Part shown: one piece after another, positions 41,501 through 57,718 of the stretch | How positions within the stretch are numbered: position 1 is the first letter of the stretch | Layout of the letters: the number at the start of each line of letters is the position of its first letter | Source: Eledone cirrhosa | Lineage: Eukaryota | Assembly (NCBI GenBank): GCA_964016885.1 | Contig: CAXHJY010000021.1 | Location: forward strand, 62,001-126,000 | DNA length: 64,000 bases | Direction: 5' to 3' | Notes under the pieces: model-generated | The model's input: the letters and a program-made list of their open reading frames with translations, nothing else | Told to the model about the DNA's origin: nothing | Databases searched by the model: none | Translations under genes and position numbers: made by a program

Positions 41501-41763
41501 GGTGTTAGGAAGGGCATCCAGCTGTAGAAAACCCGCCAGACAGTCCACGCTGTAATGTGGCCGTGTAGGCAACACGGTAAAAACCTCCCAGCCCCACACT
41601 GTAAATGTGGTTGGTGTTAGGAAGGGCATCCAACTGTAGAAAACCCGCCAGACAGTCCTATGCGAGCAAGACAACCACTCTTGCCTCAAGTGGGAAAACC
41701 CCCGTCCAAACCCATGCAAGCGTGGAACACGGACGCTAAACCTGATGATGATGATGATGATGA
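38576..41763 (+). mobile_element. 5'-truncated RTE-A LINE
   Basis: ORF homology, 3' UTR with the 112-bp duplication, (GAT)n tail. Confidence 0.93.
38598..41258 (+). pseudogene. RTE-A ORF, 5'-truncated, with a single TGG>TGA stop at 40767-40769; PHD-like finger at 40470-40607
   Basis: ORFs 38598-40769 and 40824-41258 are in the same frame. Confidence 0.92.
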
Positions 41764-41832
41764 TATATAAATATATATAAATAAATATATATATAAATAA
41801 ATATATATATAAATATATATATATATATAAAT

Positions 41833-41919
<87 letters not shown>

Positions 41920-41938
41920 AATATATATATATATAAAT

Positions 41939-41991
<53 letters not shown>

Positions 41992-42031
41992 AATATATAA
42001 ATATATATAAATATATATATATAAACATATA

Positions 42032-42407
42032 TCATCATCATCATCATCATCACCGTTTTACGTCCGTTCTTCCACGCTGGCATGGGTTAGACGGGTTGTC
42101 CTGTTGTGGGCAGTGTCTGGTCGGCTGACCATGCCTTGCTCATACAGGAACTGATCTGGCTTGATTTCTACAGCTGGATGCCCTTCCTAACACCAACCTC
42201 ATTTACAGTGAGTGCTGGGTGCTTTTTCGTGGCGCCTACACGTCCACTTTACAGTGTGGGCTGGGTGCTTTTTTGCCGTGGCACCTCCACGACCGCCTTG
42301 CGGTGGGGGGGGGGGGGGGCATATTGTTTATATGTTTCAGCATGTACCCATGGGGGGTCGGGTACCCTGTATTACTGTGTGACGCCAGAAGTCACGGTCG
42401 TGTGTCA
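42032..42407 (-). mobile_element. RTE-C 3' end fragment
   Basis: Near-identical to 50056-50426, with an (ATG)n tail. Confidence 0.88.
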
Positions 42408-42424
42408 ATATATATATATATATA

Positions 42425-42588
<164 letters not shown>

Positions 42589-42591
42589 AAT

Positions 42592-42626
<35 letters not shown>

Positions 42627-42948
42627 AATATATATATATATAAATATATATATAAATATATATATATATAAATATATATATAAATATATATATATATAAA
42701 TATATATATATATAAATATATATATAAATATATATATATATAAATATATATATATATAAATATATATATATATAAATATATATATATATAAATATATATA
42801 TATATAAATATATATATATAAATATATATATAAATATAAATATATATATAAATATAAATATATATAAATATAAATATATATAAATATATATATAAATATA
42901 TATATATAAATATATATATATAAATATATATATAAATATAAATATATA

Positions 42949-42986
<38 letters not shown>

Positions 42987-43151
42987 AATATTTTATGTTG
43001 TTTATTACATAACTATTAAGCTCTGTTACCTACATAGAGCACTCTTTTTTCCTGGACTTTTCCGACGGAATTACTTCATAAATATATATATATATAATAT
43101 ATAAATAAATATAAATATATATAAATATATATGTATAATATATATATAAAT

Positions 43152-44684
43152 ATCATCATCATCATCAACGTTTAACGTCCGTGTTCCACGCTTGCATGGG
43201 TTTGGACGGGGGTAGTCCCACTTGAGGCAAGAGTGATTGTCTTGCTCGCATAGGACTGTCTGGCAGGTTTTCTACAGTTGGATGCCCTTCCTAACACCAA
43301 CCACATTTACAGTGTGGGTCTGGGAGGTTTTTACCGTGTTGCCTACACGGCCACATTACAGCGTGGACTGTGTGTTTTTTTGTCGTGACACCTACACGAT
43401 CTCATTTGTTTCGGCCTATGGCGCGGCACCAACATAACTTTACATAGAATGGGGTGGTGTGGATGGGGTGGGGCTGGTGGTGGTGGGACGGGGTGTATTT
43501 TGTTAGAGATGCCTACTGGTTGGAGTAGGTTTTACTATATATTTAGGTAGGGCGGGTCTTCTCTGTTACTGAGTACCGCCAAAGGTCTCGGTCCAGTGAC
43601 ATTGTCTTGGAGAGGTGTAAGTGTGTGATGTCGGAGTTTATCAGCTCGTCCCAGGTTTTTCTAGGTCTGCCTATTCCGTGACTACCATCTATCTTTATTG
43701 CCCTGCACTTTGTTATACAGCTATCGACTTTCATGCGCATCACGTGTCCATACCAACGTAGACTTCTCTCGAGTAAACATCTGATCCCTCTTATCTCTAA
43801 TTTTTTCCTTAGTTCGTTTATGCTTTGCCGTTCACGTATATTACTGTTACACATCCAGCGGAGCATGCAAGCTTCGTTCCTCTCTAGTCTGCGTATATCC
43901 TCTGCACACAATGCCCAGGTCTCACTGCCATGCAGCATTGCTGTTCGTATGCAGGCATCGTACAACCTGCCTTTCATTTTTAGGGAGAACCCTTTAGCAG
44001 CTAATAGTGGTATAAGCTCTCTGAACTTTTTCCAACCAGTTCTGACTCTAGCTACAGTACTTTCAGAGTACCCTCCCCCACTGCTGATTTTATCGCCCAG
44101 GTAACGGAAGCTGACCACTATTTCTATAGAACCCTCTGCGCAATTGAAAGAGCTAGAATTTTGTGGGCACTTGCTGCTACTTATTGCACCACAACACCGG
44201 CCACATGTAAAATCTATGTTCTTAGTTAGCTTACCTGTGATCCCACTACATCTTTTATGCACCCATACTTTGCATTTAGGACATAAAATGGAGTTTCTAC
44301 CTACGCCTTTCCTACACACCGAGCACGACCATTTCCCAGAAGGGACCGCCGCCTTGTTTTCTTTCCTACAAACTAGAACTTTGGTCTTAGCCAGGTTAAT
44401 TTTAAGTCCTTTTGACTCTAGGCCGTGCTTCCATGTTTGGAATTTCTTCTCTAGCTCGGCCATTGATTCCGCTATGAGTGTCAGGTCGTCTGCGTATAGG
44501 AGTTCCCATGGGCAGCCTGTCTTGAACTCCTCTGTTATAGCCTGAAGGGCAATAATAAATAGTAGGGGGCTGAGAACAGAGCCCTGATGGACGCCAACTT
44601 TTACGCTAAACTCTTCACTATATTCGTTGTTAATTCTAACCTTGCTGACTGTTTCTTTATACATGGCTTGTATAGCCCTCACAA
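43152..44684 (-). mobile_element. 5'-truncated RTE-A LINE (ORF remnant 43543-44682 with YADD and PHD-like finger)
   Basis: Homology to 26691-28200. Confidence 0.93.
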
Positions 44685-44769
44685 TAAATATATATATATA
44701 AATAAATATAAATAAATATATATATATATAAATATATATAAATATATATATATATAAATATATATAAAT

Positions 44770-44862
<93 letters not shown>

Positions 44863-44869
44863 AATATAT

Positions 44870-45070
44870 ATAACAGTTTTAATATAGATGAGATTCTACA
44901 GGACTAGAACTGTTTCATTCATTAGAAATCATCAGGAATCACTGATGATTTCTAATGAATGAAACAGTTCTAGTCCTGTAGAATCTCATCTATATTAAAA
45001 CTGTTATACTCTGCTATGTATTGAGTACCTTACTTACTGTGGTTACCTCCGATTCAACCCGGAATAACGT
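44870..45070. mobile_element. Short fold-back palindrome (arms 44870-44935 / 44942-45008) from a further hammerhead-bearing pLTR
   Basis: Perfect ~66-bp inverted repeat with a 6-nt spacer, plus a 60-bp unpaired tail and (AT)n flanks. Confidence 0.7.
44892..44940 (-). ncRNA. Type I hammerhead ribozyme
   Basis: GAUUC-CUGAUGA-UUUCUAAUGAAU-GAAA-CAG(UUCUAGUC)CUG-UA-GAAUC. Stem II is weak. Confidence 0.65.
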
Positions 45071-45091
45071 ATATAAATATATATAAACATA

Positions 45092-46015
45092 TATCATCAT
45101 CATCATCATCATCACCGTTTTACGTCCGTTCTTCCACGCTAGCATGGGTTAGACGGGTTGTCCTGTTGTGGGCAGTGTCTGGTCGGCTGACCATGCCTTG
45201 CTCATACAGGAACTGATTTGGCTTGATTTCTACAGCTGGATGCGCTTCCTAACACCAACCTCATTTACAGTGTGGGCTGGACTTTTTTGCCGTGGCACCT
45301 CCACGACCACCTTGCAGTGGGAGGGTGTGGGGGCATATTGTCTATATGCTTCAGCTTGTACCCATGGGAGGTCGGGTACTCTGTATTACTGCGTGATGCC
45401 AAAGGTCACGGTGGTGTGTCATCGCCTTTGAGAGGTGTAATTGGGTACGGTCAGCTTTTATCCCCTCATCCCAGGTCATCTTGGGTCTCCCCACTCCGCG
45501 GTTACCATCGACTTCTAGTGCTCTGCACCTTTTTATGCAGCTGTCATCCTTCATACGCATCACATGTCCATACCAACGCAACCACCTCTCATGCACACAG
45601 CATTTGATTCCTCTTATGCTCAGTCTCTCTCTCAATTCATTTATGCTTTGTCGTTCGCGTATATTCCTATTACACATCCATCGGAGCATGCAGGCTTCAT
45701 TTCTCTCTAATCTACCTACGTCTTCCACCTTCAGCGCCCAGGTCTCACTACCATATAACATTGCTGTTCGGATACACGCATCATACAGTCTGCCTTTCAT
45801 TTTTAGGGAGAAGCCTTTTGTTATTGTACTTTCTGAACACCCACCTCCGCTGCTAATTCGGTCACCTAGGTAGCAGAAGCTGTCTACTGTCTCTACAGAG
45901 CCCTCCCAGAGATTGGTGGTACTTGTGTCCTGTGGCTGTTTGCTGCCCCAGTACAGCTGCTGCATGTGAAGCCTACATTCTTAATTAAGCTTCCTGAGAT
46001 CCCGCTACATCTCTT
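45092..46015 (-). mobile_element. 5'-truncated RTE-C LINE with internal deletions
   Basis: ORF remnant 45351-45965 (FCYLG, RLYDAC, GRPKMTW), 3' UTR, (ATG)n tail. Confidence 0.9.
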
Positions 46016-46022
46016 ATATATA

Positions 46023-46056
<34 letters not shown>

Positions 46057-46096
46057 GATATAAATATATATATATAAATATAAATATATATATATA

Positions 46097-48695
46097 TACT
46101 CTTTTACTCTTTTACCTGTTTCAGCCATCCGGCTGAGGCCATGCTGGGGCACCGCCCTTGTTGCTACACATTTTATCTCCAGCCTGTATAGGTTGGCCAC
46201 TGGTGTAGGAGGGAGTTTGTTGCTGCTGCCCTTAGGTTTCCCTCGTGTCTTGCTGTGGGCTCATCCGGGATCCTGGATAACAAGGTGTCGAGATGTTTCT
46301 TAAAGACATCCACCTCCACGTCATGCAAGTCTCGCAGATGCCTCGGCAGCCTGTTGAAGAGTTGAGGGCCCTTGAATTCCAGGCTATTGCAATACCTGCT
46401 CCTTATTCTAGATGTGGAAGACAGGACCTTTGGCACCACACAGTGACGTCCTGTTCGACGGTTGGTCCAGCTCCCAATGCCAAAGTTTGGTGCTAGTCCC
46501 TCCAGGATTTTCCACATGTAGATCACTGCGTATCTCTCCCGTCTTCGCTCCAAGGAGTAGAGGTTCAGTTCCTTTAGCCTCTCCCAGTAGCTTGTCTCCC
46601 TCATCTTGGTAATCCTCTTGGTGTAGCTTCGCTGGATTGCCTCAAGCTCCGTGGTTAGTTTGACACTATGGGGTGACCACAGCTGGGAGCAGTAGTCCAG
46701 GCGGCTTAGGACAAAAGTCCTCCACAGTGTCAACATGGTGTCTCGATCTCTTGTAAGGAAAGTCCTCAAGATCCAGCCAGCGAATCGTCTACATGTTGTC
46801 GCCACCTTCATGATGTGTGAAGAAAAAGATGCATCATCGCTCATGTCTATGCCCAGGTCTCGTATCGATTTTGACACGGGGATATCGGTCCCTACTGGTC
46901 CTGTGTAGCTGTGTTCCGCTATATTTGTGTTTGTGTTTGCAGGTTTGTATTGTAGGGCTTGGAATTTGCCAGCATTAAACTGCATGTTGTTTTCTTCCGC
47001 CCATTTGTATATGGCATCCAGATATTGTTGTAAAAGGGCAGCGTCAGCCGGGTTTTTGATTGCCTGTGCTACCTTAGTGTCATCAGCATAGCTAGTGAGG
47101 GATGTTGTTGCATGCACCACAGAGGGCATGTCCGAGAGAGCCACCAAAAGCAGTAGTGGTCCCAGGACTGTCCCCTGGGGCACCCCACTTGTTATCGGTG
47201 TTTCCCTCGAGAGGGCCCCATTTGCTGCGACTGACTGGCTTCTGCCCCTTAGGAAGCCATGCAGCCACTCACCTACTTTTCCAGTTATGCCGAGTCCGTG
47301 TAGTTTGTGACATATCATTCCGTGGTCGACCTTGTCAAAGGCCTTCGCAAAGTCAAGATATATCACGTCTACATGTGAGCTGTCTAGTAGTTGTCTCAGT
47401 ACCCAGTCGTAGTGATGTAGCAGCTGTGTAAGGCAGCTTCTTCCTGGGCGGAAGCCATGTTGCGTGCTAGTCAGGCGGTCATTTTCTTCGAGGAAAGTGA
47501 TTAGTTTCTTTCTGACGACTCGCTCCATGACCTTACTGATATGCGACGTCAGGGAGACTGTCCTATAGTTCTTGGCCTCCGCTCTACTACCTCCTTTATG
47601 GATAGGGCATATTGTGCCTTCTTTCAGCTCCCTGGGTAGTACACCGCTAGCCAAGGAGCTTCTGAAGAGCATCTTCAGTGGAGTTGCTAAGGCCCGCTTA
47701 CATATTTTTAGGAGAACTGCTGGGAATCCATCAGGTCCAGCAGCCGAGTCTGTTCTAATTTCATCAATGGCGTACACCACATCCTCCTCCGTTATGTCTA
47801 TGTGGTTGATGGTTGCCATTTCTTGATGTAGTGTTGTGGCATCAAAGAACTCCTCTGGCTTCGTTATTTGCATGTGCCTCAGTGGACATGTGAAGACACT
47901 TTTGTACTGTTCGTTCAGTATTTCACATATCTCTTGGGGATTTTCGGTTAATGAACCGTCCGTATGGAAGAGTGGTCCAATCTTGCAGTGTAGAGGCAGT
48001 TTCTTTTGCAAATTTAAAGAAGGCCTTAGGGTTTGTTTTAATGTTTTCTATGGCCCTGTTCTCTTTCTTTGCCCTCTCATTTTCATGTGAAAGTTTGAGT
48101 GCAATCTCGGTGTCAAGTAGTGCACGTTTCAAATAGGATTCCTTCTTGTTTTGGTTTTGTTGACTATTCAACTGGTTTGAGAGTTTAGTTCTACATCTCA
48201 TAAGGATTTTCCTATCTCTGGGAATAAGATTTTTGTGTCTGTTTGCCTCTTTCTCCGGAACACACTTTTTGCATATGGTGTGTATCGTTGTCATGAAGTG
48301 TTGAAATTGTGTGTTAGTGTCTTGTGTGGCGATGTTTTCACTCCATGTTTGCTTCCGGATTTCACTCTTAATCTTTTTCCAGTTAGCCTTGTAGAAGTTA
48401 AGGTTGGATAGCGTCCCGGAGCTTCTTGGTGGTTTTGTCTCTGTTGGTTCTCTTGGACCACATATCATTAGCTCTAATAAGTTATGATCCGAGAGAATTG
48501 TTGGTGTCACCTTTACATTGTGGATGAGCACTTCGTTGTTTGTAAAACAGAGGTCCAGGACATTTTCGCCTCTTGTTGGGAGGAGTATTGCTTGCTCCAT
48601 GAACAGCCTGTGTGTGAGGGCCAGCAGGGATTCCGTCTGTCTCTGTTCTATTGACGTCATTCCAGGGAGGAGGTGGCCCTCAGGCCATTTGACCT
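46097..48695 (-). mobile_element. 5'-truncated CR1-group LINE with (TAAAAGAG)n tail
   Basis: ORF motifs, short 3' UTR, (AT)n flanks. Confidence 0.88.
46173..48695 (-). pseudogene. CR1-type ORF2 (APE C-terminus + RT) with a frameshift near 48000
   Basis: NVLDL, SDH, AAGPDG, NYRTVSLTS, QHGFR, YLDFAKAFDKVDH, SGVPQGTVLGP, YADD, DLGI, DYCSQLW, SLERRR. Confidence 0.9.
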
Positions 48696-50055
<1,360 letters not shown>

Positions 50056-50056
<1 letters not shown>

Positions 50057-51469
50057 CATCATCATCATCACCGTTTTACGTCCGTTCTTCCACGCTAGCA
50101 TGGGTTAGACGGGTTGTCCTGTTGTGGGCAGTGTCTGGTCGGCTGGCCATGCCTTGCTCATACAGGAACTGATCTGGCTTGATTTCTACAGCTGGATACC
50201 CTTCCTAACACCAACCTCATTTACAGTGAGTGCTGGGTGCTTTTTCGTGGCGCCTACACGTCCACTTTACAGTGTGGGCTGGGTGCTTTTTTGCCGTGGC
50301 ACCTCCACGACCGCCTTGCGGGGGGGGGGGGGGGGGGGCATATTGTTTATATGCTTCAGCATGTACCCATGGGAGATCGGGTACCCTGTATTACTGCGTG
50401 ACGTCAGAAGTCACGGTCGTGTGTCATTGACTTTGAGAGGTGTAGTTGGGTAAGGTCGGCTTTTATCACCTCATCCCAAGTCATCTTGGGTCTCCCCACT
50501 CCGCGGTTTCCATCAACTTCTAGTGCTCTGCACCTTTTTATGCAGCTGTCATCCTTCATACGCATCACATGTCCATACCAGCGTAACCGCCTCTCCTGCA
50601 CGCAGCATTTGATTCCTCTTATGCTCAGTCTCTCTCTCAATTCCTTTATGCTTTGTCGTTCACGTATATTACTGTTACACATCCATCGGAGCATGCGGGC
50701 TTCGTTTCTCTCTAATCTACGTAAGTCTTCCACCTTCAGCGCCCAGGTCTCACTACCATGCAACATCGCTGTTCGGATACACGCATCATACAGTCTGCCT
50801 TTCATTCTGAGGGAGAAGCCTTTTGCAGCTAGCAGTGGTAGTAGTTCCCTAAATTTCTTCCATCCCGTTCTTACCCTAGTTATTGTACTTTCTGAGCACC
50901 CACCTCCGTTGCTAATTCGGTCACCTAGGTAGCAGAAGCTGTCTACTGTTTCTACAGGGCCCTCCCAGAGATTGGTGTTACTTGTTTCCTGTGGCTGTTT
51001 GCTTGCTGTTTCAGCACAGCTGCTGCATGTGAATCCTACATTCTTAATTAAGCTTCCTGAGATCCCGCTACATCTCTTGTGTACCCATTGTTTGCATTTG
51101 GGGCAGAGAATGGAGTTCCTACCTACACCTTTCCTACATACTGAGCAAGGCCATTTCCCTGAGGGGATCTGGGTTCTGTTTTCTCGTCTACTTATAAGGA
51201 CCTTAGTCTTTGTCATGTTGACTTTGAGGCCCTTTCTCTCTAGTCCCTGCTTCCAGGTTTGGAATTTATTCTCTAGTTCTACCATAGATTCAGCTATGAG
51301 TGCGAGGTCATCAGCATACAGGAGTTCCCATGGGCATCCGGTCTTAAACTCCTCCGTTATTGCCTGCAGGACTATGATGAACAGGAGAGGGCTAAGAACA
51401 GAGCCCTGGTGGACCCCAACCTGTACGCTAAATTCCTCGCTATACTCATTGCCAATCCTAACTTTGCTT
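50056..51469 (-). mobile_element. 5'-truncated RTE-C LINE (YADD, PHD-like finger, C-terminus)
   Basis: ORF 50404-51285 with CSVC..CPKC..WVHKRC..CSSC. Confidence 0.92.
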
Positions 51470-51513
51470 ATATATATATAAATATATATATATAAATATA
51501 TAAATATATATAT

Positions 51514-53186
51514 ATCATCATCATCATCATCATCATCATCATCGTTTAACGTCCATGTTCCACGCTTGCATGGGTTTGGACGGGAGTTTTCCCACTTGAG
51601 GCAAGAGTGGTTGTCTTGCTCGCATAGGACTGTCTGGCGGGTTTTCTACGGTTAGATGCCCTTCCTCACACCAACCACATTTACAGAGTGGGGCTGGGAG
51701 GTTTTTACCGTGTTGCCTACACGGCCACATTACAGCGTGGACTATCTGGCGGGTTTTCTACAGCTGGATGCCCTTCCTAACACCAACCACATTTACAGTG
51801 TGGGGCTGGGAGGTTTTTACCGTGTTGCCTACACGGCCACATTACAGCGTGGACTGTGTGTTTTTTTTTTGTCGTGACACCTACACGATCTCATTTGTTT
51901 CGGCCTGGATGTTGTGGCACCAACATAACTTTACATTGAAAGGGGCGGTGTGGATGGGGTGGGGGTGGTGGGACGGGGGGTGTATTTTGTTAGAGATGCC
52001 TACTGCTTGTAGTAGGTTTTACTTTGTATTTAGGTAAGGCGGGTCTTCTCTATTACTGAGTACCGCCAAAGGTCTCGGTCCAGTGACATTGTCTTGGAGA
52101 GGTGTAAGTGTGTCAGGTCGGAATTTATCAGCCCGTCCCAGGTTTTTCTAGGTCTGCCTACTCCGTGGCTACCATCTATCTTTATTGCCCTGCACTTTGC
52201 TATACAGCTGTCGTCTTTCATGCGCATCACGTGACCATACCAACGTAGCCTTCTCTCGAGTAAACAACATCTGATCCCTCTTATTTCTAATTTTTTCCTT
52301 AGTTCGTTTATCCTTTGCCGTTCACGTATATTACTATTACACATCCAGCGGAGCATGCAAGCTTCGTTCCTCTCTAGTCTGCATATATCCTCTGCACACA
52401 ATGCCCAGGTCTCACAGCCATGCAACATTGCTGTTCGTATGCAGGCATCATACAACCTGCATTTCATTTTTAGGGAGAACCCTTTAGCGGCCAATAGTTG
52501 TATAAGCTCTCTGAACTTTTTCCATCCAGTTCTGACTCTAGCTACTGTACTTTCAGAGCACCCTCCCCCACTGCTGATTTTGTCACCCAGGTAACGGAAG
52601 CTGTCCACTATTTCTATAGAACCCTCTGCGCAATTGAAAGTGCTAGTATTCTGTGGGCACTTGCTGCTACTTATTGCACCAGAGCACCGGCCACATGTAA
52701 AATCTGTGTTCTTAGTTAGCTTACCTGTGATCCCACTACATCTTTTATGCACCCATACTTTGCATTTGGGACATAAAATGGAGTTTCTACCTACGCCTTT
52801 CCTACACACTGAGCATGGCCATTTCCCGGAAGGGACCGGCGCCTTATTTTCTTTCCTACAAACTAGAACTTTAGTCTTAGCCAGGTTAATTTTAAGGCCT
52901 TTTGATTCTAGGCCGTGCTTCCATGTTTGGAATTTCTTCTCTAGCTCAGCCATTGATTCAGCTATGAGCGTTAGATCATCTGCGTATAAGAGTTCTCATG
53001 GGCAGCCGGTCTTGAACTCCTCTGTTATAGCCTGAAGGGCAATAATAAATAGTAGGGGGCTAAGAACAGAGCCCTGATGGACACCAACTTTTACGCTAAA
53101 CTTTTCACTATATTCGTTGTTAATTCTAACCTTGCTCACTGTTTCTTTATACATGGCTTGTATAGCTCTCACAAGCCATTCGTCAA
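51514..53186 (-). mobile_element. 5'-truncated RTE-A LINE with the 3' UTR duplication
   Basis: ORF remnant 52030-52953, homologous to 40105-41763. Confidence 0.93.
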
Positions 53187-53212
53187 TATATATATATAAA
53201 TATATATATATA

Positions 53213-53325
<113 letters not shown>

Positions 53326-53513
53326 GTAGATAAATCTACCAAGAGTTTACGGTAGTGTCCAATCCGTATGAAGAACTCAATGTATTCCGGATATCATGGA
53401 AAGAAGAGATGTAATGAAAATCCACTTTCGGTGAAAGATAAACGGTATACAGAGTCAAGATAAAATATTAAACAAATAATGAACAAACAATTCCTTATAT
53501 TAAACAAAAAAAG

Positions 53514-53668
53514 TTCACTATTTAACGATCGTTTCTAGGGCATATATGTGTTATAATTGGTATGCATATTTAACAGATCTATGTACAAAATTATACAAAA
53601 TTATACAAATTATCAAGATTAAATATACATACCTAACTCATATATACGCCGTCTTCAGAAATAATGAA
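53514..53668 (-). ncRNA. Hammerhead-like ribozyme with long stem II (PLE-C)
   Basis: Core, palindromic ACGAUCGU stem III and stem I are conserved relative to 20008-20161. Confidence 0.75.
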
Positions 53669-54430
53669 GTATATTTATTGATAATAACAACAATTCAAAA
53701 TATCAGTTCAAAATTGACCAATGAAAACACAAAGGGTTAAAAGCAGTTTGGTGTGTGTATATACATGCAAAAACCTTACACATATTTTACAATAATGTGT
53801 GTATAATTTGTATGTGTATACTAAAAAGATGGATGCAAACACAAAATTTCAAGGTTAATATCTCTGTAAGTTTAATGCGCTGATAAGATACGCAAAGATA
53901 CTTATGGAGTCAAGCATATAAATATATTTTTTTCATACTCACACATATCAGTATAATCACACATACATGTGCGTATATGCATAAATATACACATAACCAC
54001 GAACATACAAACACACACACTCCCCCACTCACATTTATATATGTGGATATAAAATCATAAGCAAATAGAAATTAAGTCACTCACATAAAAACACTGGTAC
54101 ACACATTTCAAGATCAAGATACAGAAATTAGGTGGGAGGGGGGGGGGGGAGGGGTCAGTATTAGATTGTCAGACCAGACAGCCTAATATAAATGTATCTA
54201 TAAATTAAGAAAAATAAAAAAATAAAAACAATAAAATATAATAAATGTACATACACATACAGATATACATACACATACATACATGTACGCGCACATAGAG
54301 ATATCTACACATACATACATACACACATACCTATACTGTCATACACACACATACATTTACACGAAACATACACATACACATATAAAAAGATATAAATACA
54401 CACACACTCACGCGCAACACATACACACAT

Positions 54431-54477
<47 letters not shown>

Positions 54478-54498
54478 TATACACACACACATAGACTC

Positions 54499-54530
<32 letters not shown>

Positions 54531-54588
54531 ATACAAACATATATATCACCACACTCATACCACCATAAATATACATACAAACACCCAC

Positions 54589-54622
<34 letters not shown>

Positions 54623-54833
54623 ACATACACACACGTACATATATATATATATATATATACACATATATACACATACATATATATATATACACACACATAA
54701 AAAACAGACATGCACATATATATATATATATATATATATATTTCATTACTCTTATATATACACATAGTATATATACATACACAACCTCACTTATACACAT
54801 ATACACATAAGTTATATTACAATAATAATAAAG

Positions 54834-54880
<47 letters not shown>

Positions 54881-55003
54881 TACATACATATATATATATA
54901 TATACACACACATACATACACATACATACATACACCTAAACATATACATACATAAATACACACATACGAATAAAGACATATATTCACACATAGACACCTA
55001 TAT

Positions 55004-55039
<36 letters not shown>

Positions 55040-56828
55040 ATATATATACACATACATACACATACATATATATATATATATATACACATACACACACACA
55101 CACACACACAGACACACATACACACTCACATATACATATATATATATATGTGTATGTGAGTGTGCGCAAATACATATATATATACACACACACATACAAA
55201 CACACACAAACACATACATATGCATACATGCACACACACACACACATATATCACATAGATACGAAGATAAACATATAAATAGAGAGACATACAAATATAT
55301 ACAGAACCCATATACACATACATACAACCACGCATATACATATACATACATATATACACATACATATATTCCTATATACAAGCATACACATACATACACA
55401 TATATACATATACATACACATATACATACCACACATTCACATACACATACATATATAATACATATATATACATATATATACATACATATGTATGTACAAT
55501 CATATATACACACTCAATCTTACATTCATATTTACATGCTCATATATGTATTTTTATATTTAGAAATAAATACCAAAACCTATATAGACACCCACCTACA
55601 CATATATTCATACATATACTCTTACAAAAACAGATGATAATAGTATGGGGGAAAGGGGGGGTTTGGAGAAGGGGATCAAAGTAAATATATGTTTCAAGAA
55701 ACATATAATATTTTCCGTATCTTAATTCAATGTATGTTCTTACATATTTTCAGTGCTAGGAAATACGAAATCTATGCATCCCAAAATAAAAAAGTATACC
55801 ATTAATCATATGTTAACTAAACCAAAGATAGTCAACATATTGATTTCCAAGGTGTAAATTAGTTAGGTTTATAATATTTGAAGCAGAATTATGAAGTCAA
55901 ACAGTAGTAGATTATTAATTACATTATAACTAAATTAAAGTTAATAACGTTATGGTATCAATATTAGGAGATGAATTTAGTAATAGGGAAAAGAAACCCA
56001 AATAAAAATAAAATAAAGTATTACATCGGTAGTAGCATATAAATTATATGTTAACTAAATTAAAAATTATATATTTATTTCAATAGTATACGTTAATTAG
56101 TATATGTTAATTAGGTATACAATACATAAAGCAGATATTGTATTTCATCAATAGCATAATATAATTATATGCAAATAAAAATCAAAATTAATACGCATAC
56201 ATATACATATACATACACATACACATATATATACATATACACACACATATATATATATATACATATATATACACATACATACATATATAGTCACATAAAT
56301 ATACATACAGATACACATACAATACACACATATACATATACATATAGATATACATATCTTTTTCAAAAAATTGCACAGAATATATTAACTAGGTATATAT
56401 CCAAAACACATCCCATTCTATGATTACATGACATTCTGCAATTCGTCTGTACAAGGATACTAATTTTAAGCAAATTAAAATTAAAGTTTTAGGTTGATTA
56501 AAACTAAAACCAAATAATAAATATATTTCCAAAATGTATATTAATTAGGTCTATAATACTAAAAATTCTTTCTCCGTCATAGGATACATGATATTATTTT
56601 GTTATATTTTATCTGTAAAAGAATTATAATAAAAAAAATTATAATAAAAGGTTAAAATAAATTAAAATTAATCTATAAATTAAATTACTGAGTATATATT
56701 AGTAATATTTAAAGGTTTTTCAAAATTTATGATTACATAATATTTTCTCATCTGTAATAAAATATTAATTAAATTAAATTTATAGGTTAACTAACATTTA
56801 AATTAAATTAAATTCTAGAATAATGTTA

Positions 56829-57045
56829 TTAATTAGGTTTATAATATTTAAATGTTTTTTTTAGTTTATGATTACACGATATAATTAATTCCTGTCTTTT
56901 ATTTAATAAGATATCCCTAGACTTCATTATTTCAAATAGTTCTTGGGAACATAATCTACATTCCTTTCTATTATTTTGATAAGGGGTGGCTCTTTTGAGC
57001 ACACTCCAGGTCAAATCATATTTTATATTTTTATTTTTATAACTA
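56829..57045 (-). pseudogene. C-terminal fragment of a Naiad-like PLE GIY-YIG endonuclease
   Basis: [12 protein letters not shown]....CRLC..E....[14 protein letters not shown] aligns by eye with the PLE-A C-terminus (YSMFWNIV..GIPF....CDLC..E....LNLRSNLFSCCRH). Confidence 0.82.
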
Positions 57046-57111
57046 GTGTGTGTGTGTGTGTGTATGTGTATATATATATATATATATGTATGTGTATGTA
57101 TGTGTATATAT

Positions 57112-57147
<36 letters not shown>

Positions 57148-57270
57148 ATATAGGTGTCTATGTGTGAATATATGTCTTTATTCGTATGTGTGTATTTATG
57201 TATGTATATGTTTAGGTGTATGTATGTATGTGTATGTATGTGTGTGTATATATATATATATATGTATGTA

Positions 57271-57317
<47 letters not shown>

Positions 57318-57528
57318 CTTTATTATTATTGTAATATAACTTATGTGTATATGTGTATAAGTGAGGTTGTGTATGTATATATACTATGTGTATATATAAG
57401 AGTAATGAAATATATATATATATATATATATATATGTGCATGTCTGTTTTTTATGTGTGTGTATATATATATATGTATGTGTATATATGTGTATATATAT
57501 ATATATATATATGTACGTGTGTGTATGT

Positions 57529-57562
<34 letters not shown>

Positions 57563-57620
57563 GTGGGTGTTTGTATGTATATTTATGGTGGTATGAGTGT
57601 GGTGATATATATGTTTGTAT

Positions 57621-57652
<32 letters not shown>

Positions 57653-57673
57653 GAGTCTATGTGTGTGTGTATA

Positions 57674-57718
<45 letters not shown>

